Shown one piece after another: positions 30,254 through 40,221 of a stretch of 64,000 bases of DNA. The translations under genes were made by a program, and so were the position numbers. The notes under the pieces were generated by a model. It worked only from the letters and a program-made list of their open reading frames with translations, was not told the origin of the DNA and made no database searches. The stretch is from an uncultured delta proteobacterium (GTDB taxonomy: Bacteria > Desulfobacterota > Desulfobacteria > Desulfobacterales > QNYZ01): NCBI GenBank assembly GCA_963845145.1, contig CAWJQU010000005.1, positions 736,001 to 800,000 on the forward strand. The letters are read 5' to 3'. Positions within the stretch are counted from its first letter, which is position 1, and each line of letters opens with the position of its first letter.

Positions 30254-30265
30254 CTTGTATACAAG
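30254..30265. promoter_or_regulatory. GntR/FadR-type operator CTTGTATACAAG
   Basis: Perfect palindrome upstream of gntR; minus-strand TTGACA at 30290-30295. Confidence 0.75.
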
Positions 30266-30459
30266 TTAGCTTGCATATTGAATTCCTTCTGTCAAGTCTC
30301 TTTTTAATCGGATAAGTGATATCTGAGAAATCATCATTCCCTGATCAAGCGGCACTATGATTTTCAAAAACAATTGGGGTCAGTCGTCAATTTCTTCTAT
30401 GAACTTGTATTTCATTCCTGCATAATACCCGTTATTAAAAAATCAAAGGATGCAAAAAG

Positions 30460-31626
30460 ATGAAGTACCTCATTCTTCTATCCGCCGTGCTGATGCAGAT
30501 GTGCCTTGGCGCCACCTATTCTTGGAGTATCTATGTTCAGCCCCTTAGAGATTTGACGGGATTGCTGCAAGGCCCCGTACAAACTCCGTTTACAGTGTTT
30601 TACTTTACATTTCCACTTTCCATGCTGGTGGCTGGAAGCTTTTTGCCTAAGATCGGAACCAGAAGAAGCGCAATGATCGGCGGCATTCTTTTTGGCAGCG
30701 GATGGCTCGTTGCCGGCCTTGGATCAATCCATTTTATATTTACGGTATTAGGGATAGGGCTATTAAGCGGCATCGGCGCGGGAATGGCCTATATTGTGCC
30801 AATTGCTGTATGTATTCGCTGGTTTCCTAAAAATAAAGGGATGGTTACCGGTATCGCTGTGGCGGGTTTTGGTGGTGGTGCGGCTCTGGTAAGCCAGGTC
30901 GGGGGTTGGTGCATGAGCGACCTTGGCTTCTCACCCTATCAAATCTTTTTTCTTTTTGGGATCATCTTCATGGTCACCGTTTTTCTTGCAGGTTCCACGA
31001 TGAGCGTTCCCGCGGCACAAAAGGATGGGCCAAGGCCGGGAAGGATTAAATTAAAGGAAATTTTGGGCCACCCCTCGTTCCGGATTCTCTATCTGGCCAT
31101 GTTTGCCGGGCTAGCCGCCGGTTTTGCAATAAATGCCAATCTAAAAGAATTATATGGAGGGACGGGAGACGCTGTTAAGATTGGTATTACCGCTGTTTCT
31201 CTTTTTGCCCTCGCCAACGCCACCGGGAGGGTTATCTGGGGATCAATTTTTGATAGGGTTCTTTCCAGTACGGCAATCCAGTTAAACCTGTTTTTTCAAG
31301 CGGGCGTTTTGTTCTGTGCGCCGTTTTTATTAGACTCAGTGATAGGTTTCTGGGCAGTGGCCCTGCTTGCCGGTTTTAATTATGGCGGCGTGCTGGTTAT
31401 CTATGTCTCTTCGGCATCCCGCCTTTGGGGTGCGGAAAATGTAGGTCAGGTCTATGGGTGGCTTTTTTCAAGTAATATCCCTGCCGCTTTATCTCCCATG
31501 GTTGCCGGATTGTTTTTTGACCACTTTCATAATTTCAATCTGGCTCTCTATATTTCGGCAGGATTGCTGATTTGTGGTGTCTGGCTGGCAAGGGTGCGAA
31601 GAAGAGATGTAAATAACTTTTCTTAA
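30460..31626 (+). CDS. MFS transporter, oxalate:formate antiporter-like
   Basis: GATYSWS, RWFPKNKGMVTGIAVAGFGGG, NATGRVIWG. Confidence 0.9.
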   Translation: MKYLILLSAVLMQMCLGATYSWSIYVQPLRDLTGLLQGPVQTPFTVFYFTFPLSMLVAGSFLPKIGTRRSAMIGGILFGSGWLVAGLGSIHFIFTVLGIGLLSGIGAGMAYIVPIAVCIRWFPKNKGMVTGIAVAGFGGGAALVSQVGGWCMSDLGFSPYQIFFLFGIIFMVTVFLAGSTMSVPAAQKDGPRPGRIKLKEILGHPSFRILYLAMFAGLAAGFAINANLKELYGGTGDAVKIGITAVSLFALANATGRVIWGSIFDRVLSSTAIQLNLFFQAGVLFCAPFLLDSVIGFWAVALLAGFNYGGVLVIYVSSASRLWGAENVGQVYGWLFSSNIPAALSPMVAGLFFDHFHNFNLALYISAGLLICGVWLARVRRRDVNNFS

Positions 31627-31668
31627 TCAGTGCCATGTGGAAAAGATTTTTTCTTGGAATGCGAGCGT

Positions 31669-33042
31669 TCAGGTAATGCCATATCTATCAATTTTCTCGT
31701 AAAGCGTTTTTCTCGAAATTCCCAGCTGTTGTGCGGCACGACTTTTATTGCCCGAGCAATGGGTCAATGCCGCCTGGATCAGATCTTTTTCCATATCCTG
31801 AAGATTGAAATTCTCTTTCCCAAGCGAATGGTTTTTCTTTGAGTCATGAGTGTCCGTAGAAAGGCGGGTGTTGGTCGAACGGATATCGGGTAGATCAATC
31901 GTGCTTAACTTGTCCATTTTTGAAAGGATGACACCCCGGGCAATGTAGTTTTTCAATTCCCGGATATTTCCCGGCCAATGATATTCAGCCAGGGCCTTCA
32001 TGGCTTCCGGCTCAACGCCTTGCACCTTTTTTTCATATTTTGCCGCATAATGCCGGATAAAATGATGGACAAGTAAATAAATATCTTCTTTCCGTTCTCG
32101 AAGGGGCGGGAGTTTGATGTTGATCACATCGATCCGATAGAGCAGATCGCGCAGGAACTTACCGTTTTGAATCTCTTCGGTTAGATCGAGGTTTGTGGCC
32201 GCAATGATCCGCACGTCAACCCGTCGCGACGTGGTACCCCCCACCGGCTCAAATGTCATTTCCTGTAAAAACCGCAACAACTTGGATTGCATACGCAGGC
32301 TCATCTGGCCGATCTCGTCTAAAAACAAGGTACTTCGGTTGGCCATTTCCAGCCGGCCTTTGCGGTCGGCCGCAGCGCCTGTAAATGCGCCTTTGAGGTA
32401 GCCAAACAGCTCGGCTTCGAGCAGATTTTCGGAAAGTGCGGCAGAATTGATGCAGATCATCTCTTTATTTCGCCTTCGACTCTCCAGGTGCAGGGCTCGG
32501 GCCAGAAGCTCCTTGCCGGTACCGGTTTCACCGCAGATCAAAACCGATGCATCCGTGGGTCCCACGGTACGCACCATCTCGAAAATATCCAACAACTGTC
32601 GGGTGCCGCTAATAATACCGTGAAAAGCCTTCTCATTCTGGACCTGCTTTTTGAGAGAGTCCAGCTCCAGGGATGTTTCCCTCTCCTGGATGGCCTTGGC
32701 AATAACAAGGGATAACTCTTCGTAGTCCACCGGTTTAATAAGGTAGTGCGTGACACCTTCTCTTAACGCCTGAACCGCCGATTTAACCGTACCGTAAGCC
32801 GACATGATGATGAATGGGGGCGCTTTACGTTGGGCATTCATCTCCTTGAACAAGGTCAGCCCATCCATTTTGGGCATTTTGAAATCAGACAGGACCGCAT
32901 CAATTTGGAGACTGTTCGCGTAAATATCCAAAGCGTCTCGTGCGCTGGTAGCCTGAATCACATTGTACCCTTCGTCCGTGAGTATGGCGGCCAGCACTTT
33001 CAGGCTGTTTTTGCGGTCATCAACGGCCAGTATGGTTTTCAT
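31669..33042 (-). CDS. Sigma54-dependent response regulator (NtrC family)
   Basis: REC, GETGTGKE, GAFTGA, WPGNIREL, Fis HTH. Confidence 0.95.
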   Translation of the reverse strand: MKTILAVDDRKNSLKVLAAILTDEGYNVIQATSARDALDIYANSLQIDAVLSDFKMPKMDGLTLFKEMNAQRKAPPFIIMSAYGTVKSAVQALREGVTHYLIKPVDYEELSLVIAKAIQERETSLELDSLKKQVQNEKAFHGIISGTRQLLDIFEMVRTVGPTDASVLICGETGTGKELLARALHLESRRRNKEMICINSAALSENLLEAELFGYLKGAFTGAAADRKGRLEMANRSTLFLDEIGQMSLRMQSKLLRFLQEMTFEPVGGTTSRRVDVRIIAATNLDLTEEIQNGKFLRDLLYRIDVINIKLPPLRERKEDIYLLVHHFIRHYAAKYEKKVQGVEPEAMKALAEYHWPGNIRELKNYIARGVILSKMDKLSTIDLPDIRSTNTRLSTDTHDSKKNHSLGKENFNLQDMEKDLIQAALTHCSGNKSRAAQQLGISRKTLYEKIDRYGIT

Positions 33043-34924
33043 CAGCGGTGTCTTTCTTTTTTTCAAAAAGTTCGTATCGTTCCGGCAATTCAATCGTCAC
33101 GGATGTACCCAGCCCTTCCTGGCTGGAAATTCGAATGTGGCCGCCATGATTTTCCACGATGCCGAGACTAAGCGGCAGTCCCAAACCTGTTCCGGCATCT
33201 TTGGTACTGAAAAATGGATCGAAGATGTTCTTCATCTGATCGGGGAGAATACCGATCCCGTTGTCTTCAAAGGTGAATCTCACCATTCGAATATTTATCT
33301 CCCCCTCCTGCTCACTTAACACGCGGGAAGAAAACGTAATATCCCCGCCGTCGGGCATGGCGTCCATGGCGTTGATCAGCACATTCACCACCACCTGTTC
33401 AATCTGGTAGGGATCGATCTGCAAGACCGGGACATCCTGGCGCAACCGATTGTGAAATCGGATGCCTTCCGTTTTGGCCTTTTCTACGAAAAGCTGCTGG
33501 GTTGAGACGATCAACGCGTTGACATCCGTGGGAACCGGTTTGGGTTTCATTTGCCTGGCAAAATGGAGAAACTCCGAGACGAACTGATTCAGGCGATCAA
33601 TCTCTTCCGACACCAGTTGGGTATATTCCTCAACGAGCAAATCACCGGACCGTCGCCTTTGCAAATGGACGATGGCGCCTTTCATCGCGTTTAGCGGGTT
33701 TCGGATCTCATGGGCAACACCGGCCGATAACCGACCCAGGGAAATCAGTTTTTCCGAACGGACCAGTTCCTCCTGTATCTGTGTCAGATTTTTCACCATC
33801 CGGTTGAAGGATCGCGTGAGATCCCCCAATTCATCCCGCGACTGGATCGGAATTTCATGGCCGGGGTCACCGCCGGCAATGCGATCCGTGGCCCGAACCA
33901 GATAATGGACCGGCTTTAACAAAAAATAGGTCAAAACCGTTACCCCGGCAATAGCAAAAACAAGGGTGATAACCACCGCCTTGATCACCCGGGAACGAAT
34001 GGCTATTGCTTCTCTTCGGTATTCATCCGTGGGAATAGTGACCGCCAGGGCCCATTCCATGCTCGGAATGGGGGCAAATGCAGCCACCTTTTCCTGATTT
34101 TCAAAGTGATAGGGTTTCCAACCGCTGGCACCGGTCATCATTTCCACGACCAGCTCTTTTAAGCTCACGTCTGTAAAGTTGCCTAAGTGCATCATAAAGG
34201 GTTCAAAGCGGGGATGGGCGATGACGCTTCCCTCATCGTCTACAAGAAAAGCGTATCCGCTTTTACCGATACGAAGATCCTTCACCATCCCAATGATCTT
34301 GTCGTAATCCAGGTCGATCACCACGACCCCGGCAAACTCGCGCAGACCACTCAAGATCGACTTGGCCCAGTGGATCACCCTCCCGTTGTCGGAACCGGCC
34401 TGTATGATTTTGGACACATGGATGCCCTGTTGGCCTGTTTTACGAATGCTTTGGAAAACAATACCCTGGCCCTGGTCCACCAAGTGCGCAACGACGCCGT
34501 CGCGATTCACTTTGATTAACTCGCGACCGGAATGATCCAGGTACCGGATCTGGGCATAATAGGTCGTCCGGCCGATAAAATCATTAAACAGTCGAATGAT
34601 ATTGTCACGATTGAATTCCGCTTCCGCATTCAGCCGGAAAGCACGCGCGTTGTGATAGTCCTCCAGCACCGGCAGGCTCGCAATGGTTTCCAGATCCAGG
34701 CGACAATAATAGAAAATATCGTTGAGCCCCCGAGCGGTCGCCCTGACCTTGATCATCTGTTCATCGCGCACCAGACGGTTGACCTGGTCCACGGATGCCT
34801 GAAAAGAAAAATATCCCACAATGGCAATGGGTAGGCAGACCAGTGGTAAAATCAGCACCAGTAACTTGAGGGTAATGGAAAACCTGATTTTCATGCTATC
34901 CATTATGGAAGCAACGGCTGCCAT
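33020..34924 (-). CDS. Cache-HAMP sensor histidine kinase
   Basis: Two TM, GYAFLVD..IAHP, HAMP, AHEIRNPL, DNGIG, GTGLGL. Confidence 0.95.
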   Translation of the reverse strand: MAAVASIMDSMKIRFSITLKLLVLILPLVCLPIAIVGYFSFQASVDQVNRLVRDEQMIKVRATARGLNDIFYYCRLDLETIASLPVLEDYHNARAFRLNAEAEFNRDNIIRLFNDFIGRTTYYAQIRYLDHSGRELIKVNRDGVVAHLVDQGQGIVFQSIRKTGQQGIHVSKIIQAGSDNGRVIHWAKSILSGLREFAGVVVIDLDYDKIIGMVKDLRIGKSGYAFLVDDEGSVIAHPRFEPFMMHLGNFTDVSLKELVVEMMTGASGWKPYHFENQEKVAAFAPIPSMEWALAVTIPTDEYRREAIAIRSRVIKAVVITLVFAIAGVTVLTYFLLKPVHYLVRATDRIAGGDPGHEIPIQSRDELGDLTRSFNRMVKNLTQIQEELVRSEKLISLGRLSAGVAHEIRNPLNAMKGAIVHLQRRRSGDLLVEEYTQLVSEEIDRLNQFVSEFLHFARQMKPKPVPTDVNALIVSTQQLFVEKAKTEGIRFHNRLRQDVPVLQIDPYQIEQVVVNVLINAMDAMPDGGDITFSSRVLSEQEGEINIRMVRFTFEDNGIGILPDQMKNIFDPFFSTKDAGTGLGLPLSLGIVENHGGHIRISSQEGLGTSVTIELPERYELFEKKKDTADENHTGR

Positions 34925-34963
34925 GTCAACTCCAAAAATCCTGTTTCTTTTATTCCTCAACCT

Positions 34964-35124
34964 TAATGAAATCGTAAAAAGACATCAAAAGGGATGGCAA
35001 AGTAACCGCAAAGGCGCAAGTTCAAGGCGTCGCGAATCCCGTGTGATGAGGCGTACTTATCGTACGCCGCAATCACGACGGGATGAAGCGCAACGCAGTA
35101 ATTGGGCTTTTTACGAAGCCATCA
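34964..35124. mobile_element. MITE-like element copy 2, TSD ACCT
   Basis: taatgaaatcgtaaaaag...ctttttacgaagccatca; acct at 34960-34963 and 35125-35128. Confidence 0.85.
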
Positions 35125-35193
35125 ACCTTGCGATACGATCCCGAGGCTGATAACCCGAGGGTGAGAATTAGTTGCCAAATGAAGAGGATCGTT

Positions 35194-36525
35194 ATGGAAA
35201 ACCTGCCGATTGCTTGCGGAATGAATAAGCCACTTGCCCGCACGAAAAAAGGCCTCACTGCAAAGAATGGCTTTTATTTTTGGGTTCTGACGTTTTGCGC
35301 GTGGGTTGGTTTTCTGCTTGTTTCCGCCAATGCGACAGCCAGAGAGGAGATCGTTCTGGGAGCGGCTACGTCCCTTGGTTTTTTGGAGGGTCGTGAAAGC
35401 TTGAACGCCGTCACGCTCGCCGTGCATGAGATCAACGCCCGTGGAGGCGTTCGGGTTGGGTCAAAAAACCTACCGCTCCGGGTGGAATCTGTCGATCTTC
35501 AGGGAGCCCTGCCTGGCGTGCCCGTGTCAAAGGCCGTTGCCGCACTTGAAATGCTAATTGTGGATAAAAAAGTAGATGCTCTGGTGATCGGCCCTTTTCG
35601 TTCCGAGGTACTTTTAGGTGCCATGGATATTATTGCAGCGCACAAGGTTCCGCTACTGGGATCGATTGCCATGTCCACCGCATCAGATGCCAAAATATTG
35701 AAGGACCCACGGTATAAATATATTTTCAGGGTGTGCCTTAATACCAAATATCTGGTGGATTATCTGATAAACACCATGAAGTTTTTACGCCGGCAGCATG
35801 GATTCAACCGGGTCTACATTCTAAGCCAGGATGTGGCCTGGACCCGAACCACCGCTTCTTTGATGACCCGGCTCTATTTTGACCGGACCGACTGGCAGAT
35901 CCTGGGCGTCGACCACTACCCTTCGGGAGCATCCGATTTTTCAGAGACTCTATCCCGAGCCGAAGCCGATGGTGCCCAGGTCATTCTGCCACTGTTCGAT
36001 ATGCCCTCCAGTGCCGATCTGGTCAAGCAGTGGCATGCAATGGGCGGGCAGGCACTGCTGTGCGGGTTTATCTCTCCCATGGTGGGGCCCGGAGCCTGGG
36101 AGGCGTTTGACGGTAAAATTGCCGGTGCCTTAAATGTCATTTTTGAACTGGGCAACATCCCTTCGGCCCGGTGGGAACCGGCGATTGCCTTCAACCAAGC
36201 TTACGAAAAGACATATTCCAGAAAAATTGAGTCCGGCCACGGCCCTGCCCCGGCTTATGAATCCGTGTTTATTCTTGCTAAAGCCATCGAACGGGCTGGA
36301 TCGCTAAATCCCGATGACATCGTGGCCGCATTAGAAAAAACCGATCGGATCGGCGTGATGGGCCGCATTCGTTTTCACCGGGGGCACCAGGCCTTTTTCG
36401 GGGACGATCCGGGCACCGATGCATTGGCCGCTATTTTCCAGTGGCAAAAAGACGGCAGCAGGAGAATCGTGTTCCCCCTTTCAATCGCCGATGGGGAGAT
36501 TGAGCTACCGATACCCGATCGGTGA
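35194..36525 (+). CDS. Liv-type substrate-binding protein paralogue 1 (start uncertain)
   Basis: Signal-like stretch; shares GPFRSE, YIFR.CLN, QDVAW, PLFDMP with next gene. Confidence 0.9.
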   Translation: MENLPIACGMNKPLARTKKGLTAKNGFYFWVLTFCAWVGFLLVSANATAREEIVLGAATSLGFLEGRESLNAVTLAVHEINARGGVRVGSKNLPLRVESVDLQGALPGVPVSKAVAALEMLIVDKKVDALVIGPFRSEVLLGAMDIIAAHKVPLLGSIAMSTASDAKILKDPRYKYIFRVCLNTKYLVDYLINTMKFLRRQHGFNRVYILSQDVAWTRTTASLMTRLYFDRTDWQILGVDHYPSGASDFSETLSRAEADGAQVILPLFDMPSSADLVKQWHAMGGQALLCGFISPMVGPGAWEAFDGKIAGALNVIFELGNIPSARWEPAIAFNQAYEKTYSRKIESGHGPAPAYESVFILAKAIERAGSLNPDDIVAALEKTDRIGVMGRIRFHRGHQAFFGDDPGTDALAAIFQWQKDGSRRIVFPLSIADGEIELPIPDR

Positions 36526-36774
36526 ACGCTCTTTTCATTATGGATATTTGTACGCTTTCACTGATAGAGATCTTCACATTTTTAAAACGTGCCACCTTTC
36601 TACACACTTCGTATAACTTACTGTATATATAATATATTTTATTGTTAATTCTCCAGTATTATGGAAACAGTCTGCAAAAATGTTACGAAAAGAAACATTC
36701 CTCGTTGCGCTTTCAATTAACAAAAGAAACTATTAATTTTTTAATTTCAATGGGTTATGCGACTATCATTTCGA

Positions 36775-36790
36775 CGGCATGTTATTTGCT
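36775..36790 (+). promoter_or_regulatory. Sigma54 -24/-12 promoter
   Basis: cGGcatgttatttGCt (GG-N10-GC); TGT-N11-ACA at 36681-36697; AT-rich spacer. Confidence 0.75.
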
Positions 36791-36921
36791 CATCTATATC
36801 TGAATCCGACCCATTTTCTGTTCGCTCGTAATATTATAGGGTGACGCTTCGCGATCCAATCGGTCGGGGTTTGTTAACCGACAGCGACCCTTTCGCTGGC
36901 AATCTAAAAAGGAGGAGAAAC

Positions 36922-38202
36922 ATGACGAAAAAACTGTGGGTGCTGGGTTTAATTGTGGCTATGGCCTGCATGGGGTTCCTTCCGGCTCAAAACGCGAATG
37001 CCGCCGAACCGGTGGTTATCGGCGTTCCTACGTCAACCGGGTTTTTGGAAGGTAAAGAAGCCTTAAACGCCGTCAACTTGGCGGTCGAAGAGATTAACGC
37101 TAAAGGCGGTGTGAAAGTGGGCACGGAGAAGAGACCGCTTAAAGTAGAATCCATCGACATTCGTGATGCGGCCCCCGGCGTGCCGGTTCCCGAGGCATTG
37201 TTAGGGCTGGAGAAGATCATCCTGGAAAAAAAACCAGCCGCCCTGGTGGTGGGGCCGTTTCGTTCTGAAGCCCTGATGGCGGGCATGGATATCATCGCTA
37301 AGTACAAGGTGCCGTTACTGGGCACCCTGGCCATGTCGCCGGCTTCGGAAGCCAAGGTCAAGAAAGAACCTGAAAAGTATAAATATATCTTCCGGACCTG
37401 TCTCAATGCTGTCCACCTGGTCAAGTACTTGGCCGGCACCATGTCCTATATAAATAAGGAATTCGGCTTCAACAAGGTCTATATCATGAACCAGGATGTG
37501 GCCTGGGCGCGAAAGACGGCTGAAATTACCACGAAAATATACTTTGAAAAAGCGGGCTGGGAAGTGGTTGGACACGAGGCGTACCCGACGGGAACGTCTG
37601 ATTTCTCCTCGGCACTGATGAAAGTGCGCGCCAAAGGCGCCCAGGTAATTTTACCGATATTCGACATGCCCCAGAGTGGTACCCTGGTCAAGCAGTGGAA
37701 ATCCATGAAAGTTCCCGCCCTGTTGGCCGGATTTATATCACCTTTGGCCGGCCCCGGCGCCTGGAAAACGTTTGACCAGAAGATCAGCGGCGCCATCAAT
37801 TGTAATTTTGAAATGGGAAGTGCCATTTCATCGGCCAAGGTACCTGAATCCCAGGTTTTCAACCAGGCCTACGAGAAAAAATACGGGGTTCCCATCGAAG
37901 CCGGTCATGCGATCAGTCCCTCTTATGAGTCGGTTTATCTGTTGGCCGAAGCCATTGAGCGAGCCGGTAGCGTGGATGCAGACGCCATTGTGGCCGAATT
38001 GAAAAAAACCGATCGGGTCGGTGTCATGGGCCGCATTAAATTCGATGAGGGAAACCAGGTCATCTATGACATGGATCCGAAAACCGCCGCAGTGGCAGCC
38101 GTCACCCAATGGAAAGATGACGGATCGCGGTCCATTGTTTTCCCCACCTCCGTGGCAGATGGCAAAATCGAACTTCCTGCCGGCCTGGAGCCGGTCAAAT
38201 AG
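36922..38202 (+). CDS. Liv-type substrate-binding protein paralogue 2
   Basis: AGGAGG RBS; signal peptide ending ANA; first gene of ABC operon. Confidence 0.93.
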   Translation: MTKKLWVLGLIVAMACMGFLPAQNANAAEPVVIGVPTSTGFLEGKEALNAVNLAVEEINAKGGVKVGTEKRPLKVESIDIRDAAPGVPVPEALLGLEKIILEKKPAALVVGPFRSEALMAGMDIIAKYKVPLLGTLAMSPASEAKVKKEPEKYKYIFRTCLNAVHLVKYLAGTMSYINKEFGFNKVYIMNQDVAWARKTAEITTKIYFEKAGWEVVGHEAYPTGTSDFSSALMKVRAKGAQVILPIFDMPQSGTLVKQWKSMKVPALLAGFISPLAGPGAWKTFDQKISGAINCNFEMGSAISSAKVPESQVFNQAYEKKYGVPIEAGHAISPSYESVYLLAEAIERAGSVDADAIVAELKKTDRVGVMGRIKFDEGNQVIYDMDPKTAAVAAVTQWKDDGSRSIVFPTSVADGKIELPAGLEPVK

Positions 38203-38232
38203 TTACGCGTATATCGCCATATCGTTGCCCAT

Positions 38233-38304
38233 ATCGTTGATTGGTACGCCGGTTGACAACCGGGAAACGAACAAGAAGAACCCAACGGCCGGCCAATCAA
38301 CGAT
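38233..38304. terminator. Intergenic stem-loop after binding-protein gene
   Basis: atcgttgattgg/ccaatcaacgat enclosing ccggttgacaaccgg. Confidence 0.55.
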
Positions 38305-38337
38305 GTTAATTTTTTTTAAACCGGAGATAACCGATCC

Positions 38338-39210
38338 ATGTTAACCGGCACGACCATTTATGCCCTGATTAATACGGCCATATTGGCACTGATGGCCCTT
38401 GGCTTTAATCTGACCTTCGGGATTAGCGGCGTGGCCAATTTCGCCTACGGCGCTTTTTATGTTCTGGCGGCCTACGGCATCTGGGGAATTATTAACCTGC
38501 TGCATTTACCCTACCTGGTCGCTATCATTATCGCCGTTGTGGCCAACATGATTTTCGGGGCGATGATCTACCGCTTTGTACTGCTTCGGGTGAGGGGACA
38601 AGCCCTTTCCGAGGTGATCGCAACCTTTGGTATCGGGTTGGCCATCCTGGAATTGTTCAGCTATTTCGGTTGGGTGGGTTTCGAATACACCCTGCCGGTG
38701 TTTGTGGATCGCAGTTTTATTATTGCCGGAACCTATGTCGATTTTCAGCGCCTCGCCATCCTGGGATTCAGTGTGATTCTGGTTTTCGGCTTATGGTGGT
38801 TCACCCATCACACCGCCACGGGTTTGGCCTTCAGGGGTATTGCCCAGGATGAACGTACCGCACTGACCTTTGGGATCGATTCCGACTGGATTGCCACCTT
38901 AAGCGTCTCGTTCGGTGCCGGCTTGGCGGCCGTGGCCGCCCTGTTTATTATTCCTCTGGGCAGTATCTCGCCTGGCGAAGGCTATGATGTCCTGATCAAA
39001 GCCCTGGCCGTCTGTATCATCGGGGGGCTGGGAAGTACCGGCGGCGTCATTGCTGCGGCCTTTATTGTGGGGTTTGCTGAAAGATTTACCGACACCTACA
39101 TCGGCTCTCACTGGACGATGATCGTCAGCCTGGCGGCCATCCTGATAGTATTAACGATCAAACCTTCCGGGTTGTTCGGAAAACAAAAAGAACTGGAAGA
39201 AAGGATATAA
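38338..39210 (+). CDS. LivH-like permease
   Basis: NFAYG, IIGGLGS, KPSGLFG. Confidence 0.93.
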   Translation: MLTGTTIYALINTAILALMALGFNLTFGISGVANFAYGAFYVLAAYGIWGIINLLHLPYLVAIIIAVVANMIFGAMIYRFVLLRVRGQALSEVIATFGIGLAILELFSYFGWVGFEYTLPVFVDRSFIIAGTYVDFQRLAILGFSVILVFGLWWFTHHTATGLAFRGIAQDERTALTFGIDSDWIATLSVSFGAGLAAVAALFIIPLGSISPGEGYDVLIKALAVCIIGGLGSTGGVIAAAFIVGFAERFTDTYIGSHWTMIVSLAAILIVLTIKPSGLFGKQKELEERI

Positions 39211-39216
39211 GGGCCG

Positions 39217-40221
39217 GTGAAGAAACGAAAAGAACGGATTGATCGCGGCATCAAGGTGCGGTCTTCAGATATTTTCGCGCTGTTATCCTGGCGTGAGATG
39301 CTTTACCTGGGGGCGCCCCGGCTTTTGCCGATTATTGCTTGTCTGGTGCTCCCCCTGGTGCTGGGTCCCTATTGGCAAAAGGTGCTCTTGTCGGTGGCTG
39401 TGGTTGCCCTGCTGGCAATTAGTTGGGATATACTGGCTCAAACCGGCATGGTCTCTTTGGGGCAGGCCCTGTTTTTTGGCGTGGGGGCCTATTGTTCCGG
39501 GGCGATGAACCACTATTGGGAGTTAAGCCCTTTTATAACCCTTCCCATCGCAACCATCCTGGGCGCGGTGATCTGCACCCTATTACTGCTTCCGGTGCTG
39601 CGACTGCGGGGGATCTATTTTTCCATGGTGACGTTGATTATTCCGCTGATTCTTGTCCGGGTTATTGAAGCTACTAAAATTTTTGGCGGTACCGAGGGAC
39701 TGAGTGGCATGACGCCCCTGCCATCGAAATGGATCGAGCTGTACCTGATCATGGCGCTGTTACTCTGCGTTCTTTTTGGATTTAGAAGAATGATGAATTC
39801 GGACTATGGCTTGGTGCTAAAAGGCATCAACGATAATGACCGCTCGGTTATCAATGCCGGCATCAACATCTATTGGTTCAAAGCCCAGTCACTTTTTATC
39901 GCCGGCGCCATCGGGTCATTCTGCGGGGCTTTTATGACCCATGTGTATATGTTCGTGGGCATGCCGGTGTTTGCCCTGGATTATTCCATTTTGCCCATTG
40001 CCGCAGCCGTCGTTGGGGGGCCGGGAACACTTGCCGGTGCCACCCTGGGCGCTTTTATCCTGGTACCATTGTCCGAGGCGCTGCGGGGGTTCGGCGGGTT
40101 GCGAATTGTTTTTTATGGCGTTTTTCTGGTGGTTTTTATCGTGGCCCTGCCTGAAGGAATTTTTCATTATGTCCAAAGGAAATACCACCAGATCGAACGA
40201 TGGGTGGGGGTGGAGAAATGA
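39217..40221 (+). CDS. LivM-like permease
   Basis: SLGQALFFGVGAY, LRGIYFSMVTL, LPEGI. Confidence 0.93.
   Translation: MKKRKERIDRGIKVRSSDIFALLSWREMLYLGAPRLLPIIACLVLPLVLGPYWQKVLLSVAVVALLAISWDILAQTGMVSLGQALFFGVGAYCSGAMNHYWELSPFITLPIATILGAVICTLLLLPVLRLRGIYFSMVTLIIPLILVRVIEATKIFGGTEGLSGMTPLPSKWIELYLIMALLLCVLFGFRRMMNSDYGLVLKGINDNDRSVINAGINIYWFKAQSLFIAGAIGSFCGAFMTHVYMFVGMPVFALDYSILPIAAAVVGGPGTLAGATLGAFILVPLSEALRGFGGLRIVFYGVFLVVFIVALPEGIFHYVQRKYHQIERWVGVEK

Noticed and set aside
36845..36900. Two small leader hairpins before the binding-protein gene
   Set aside because: No recognisable riboswitch consensus
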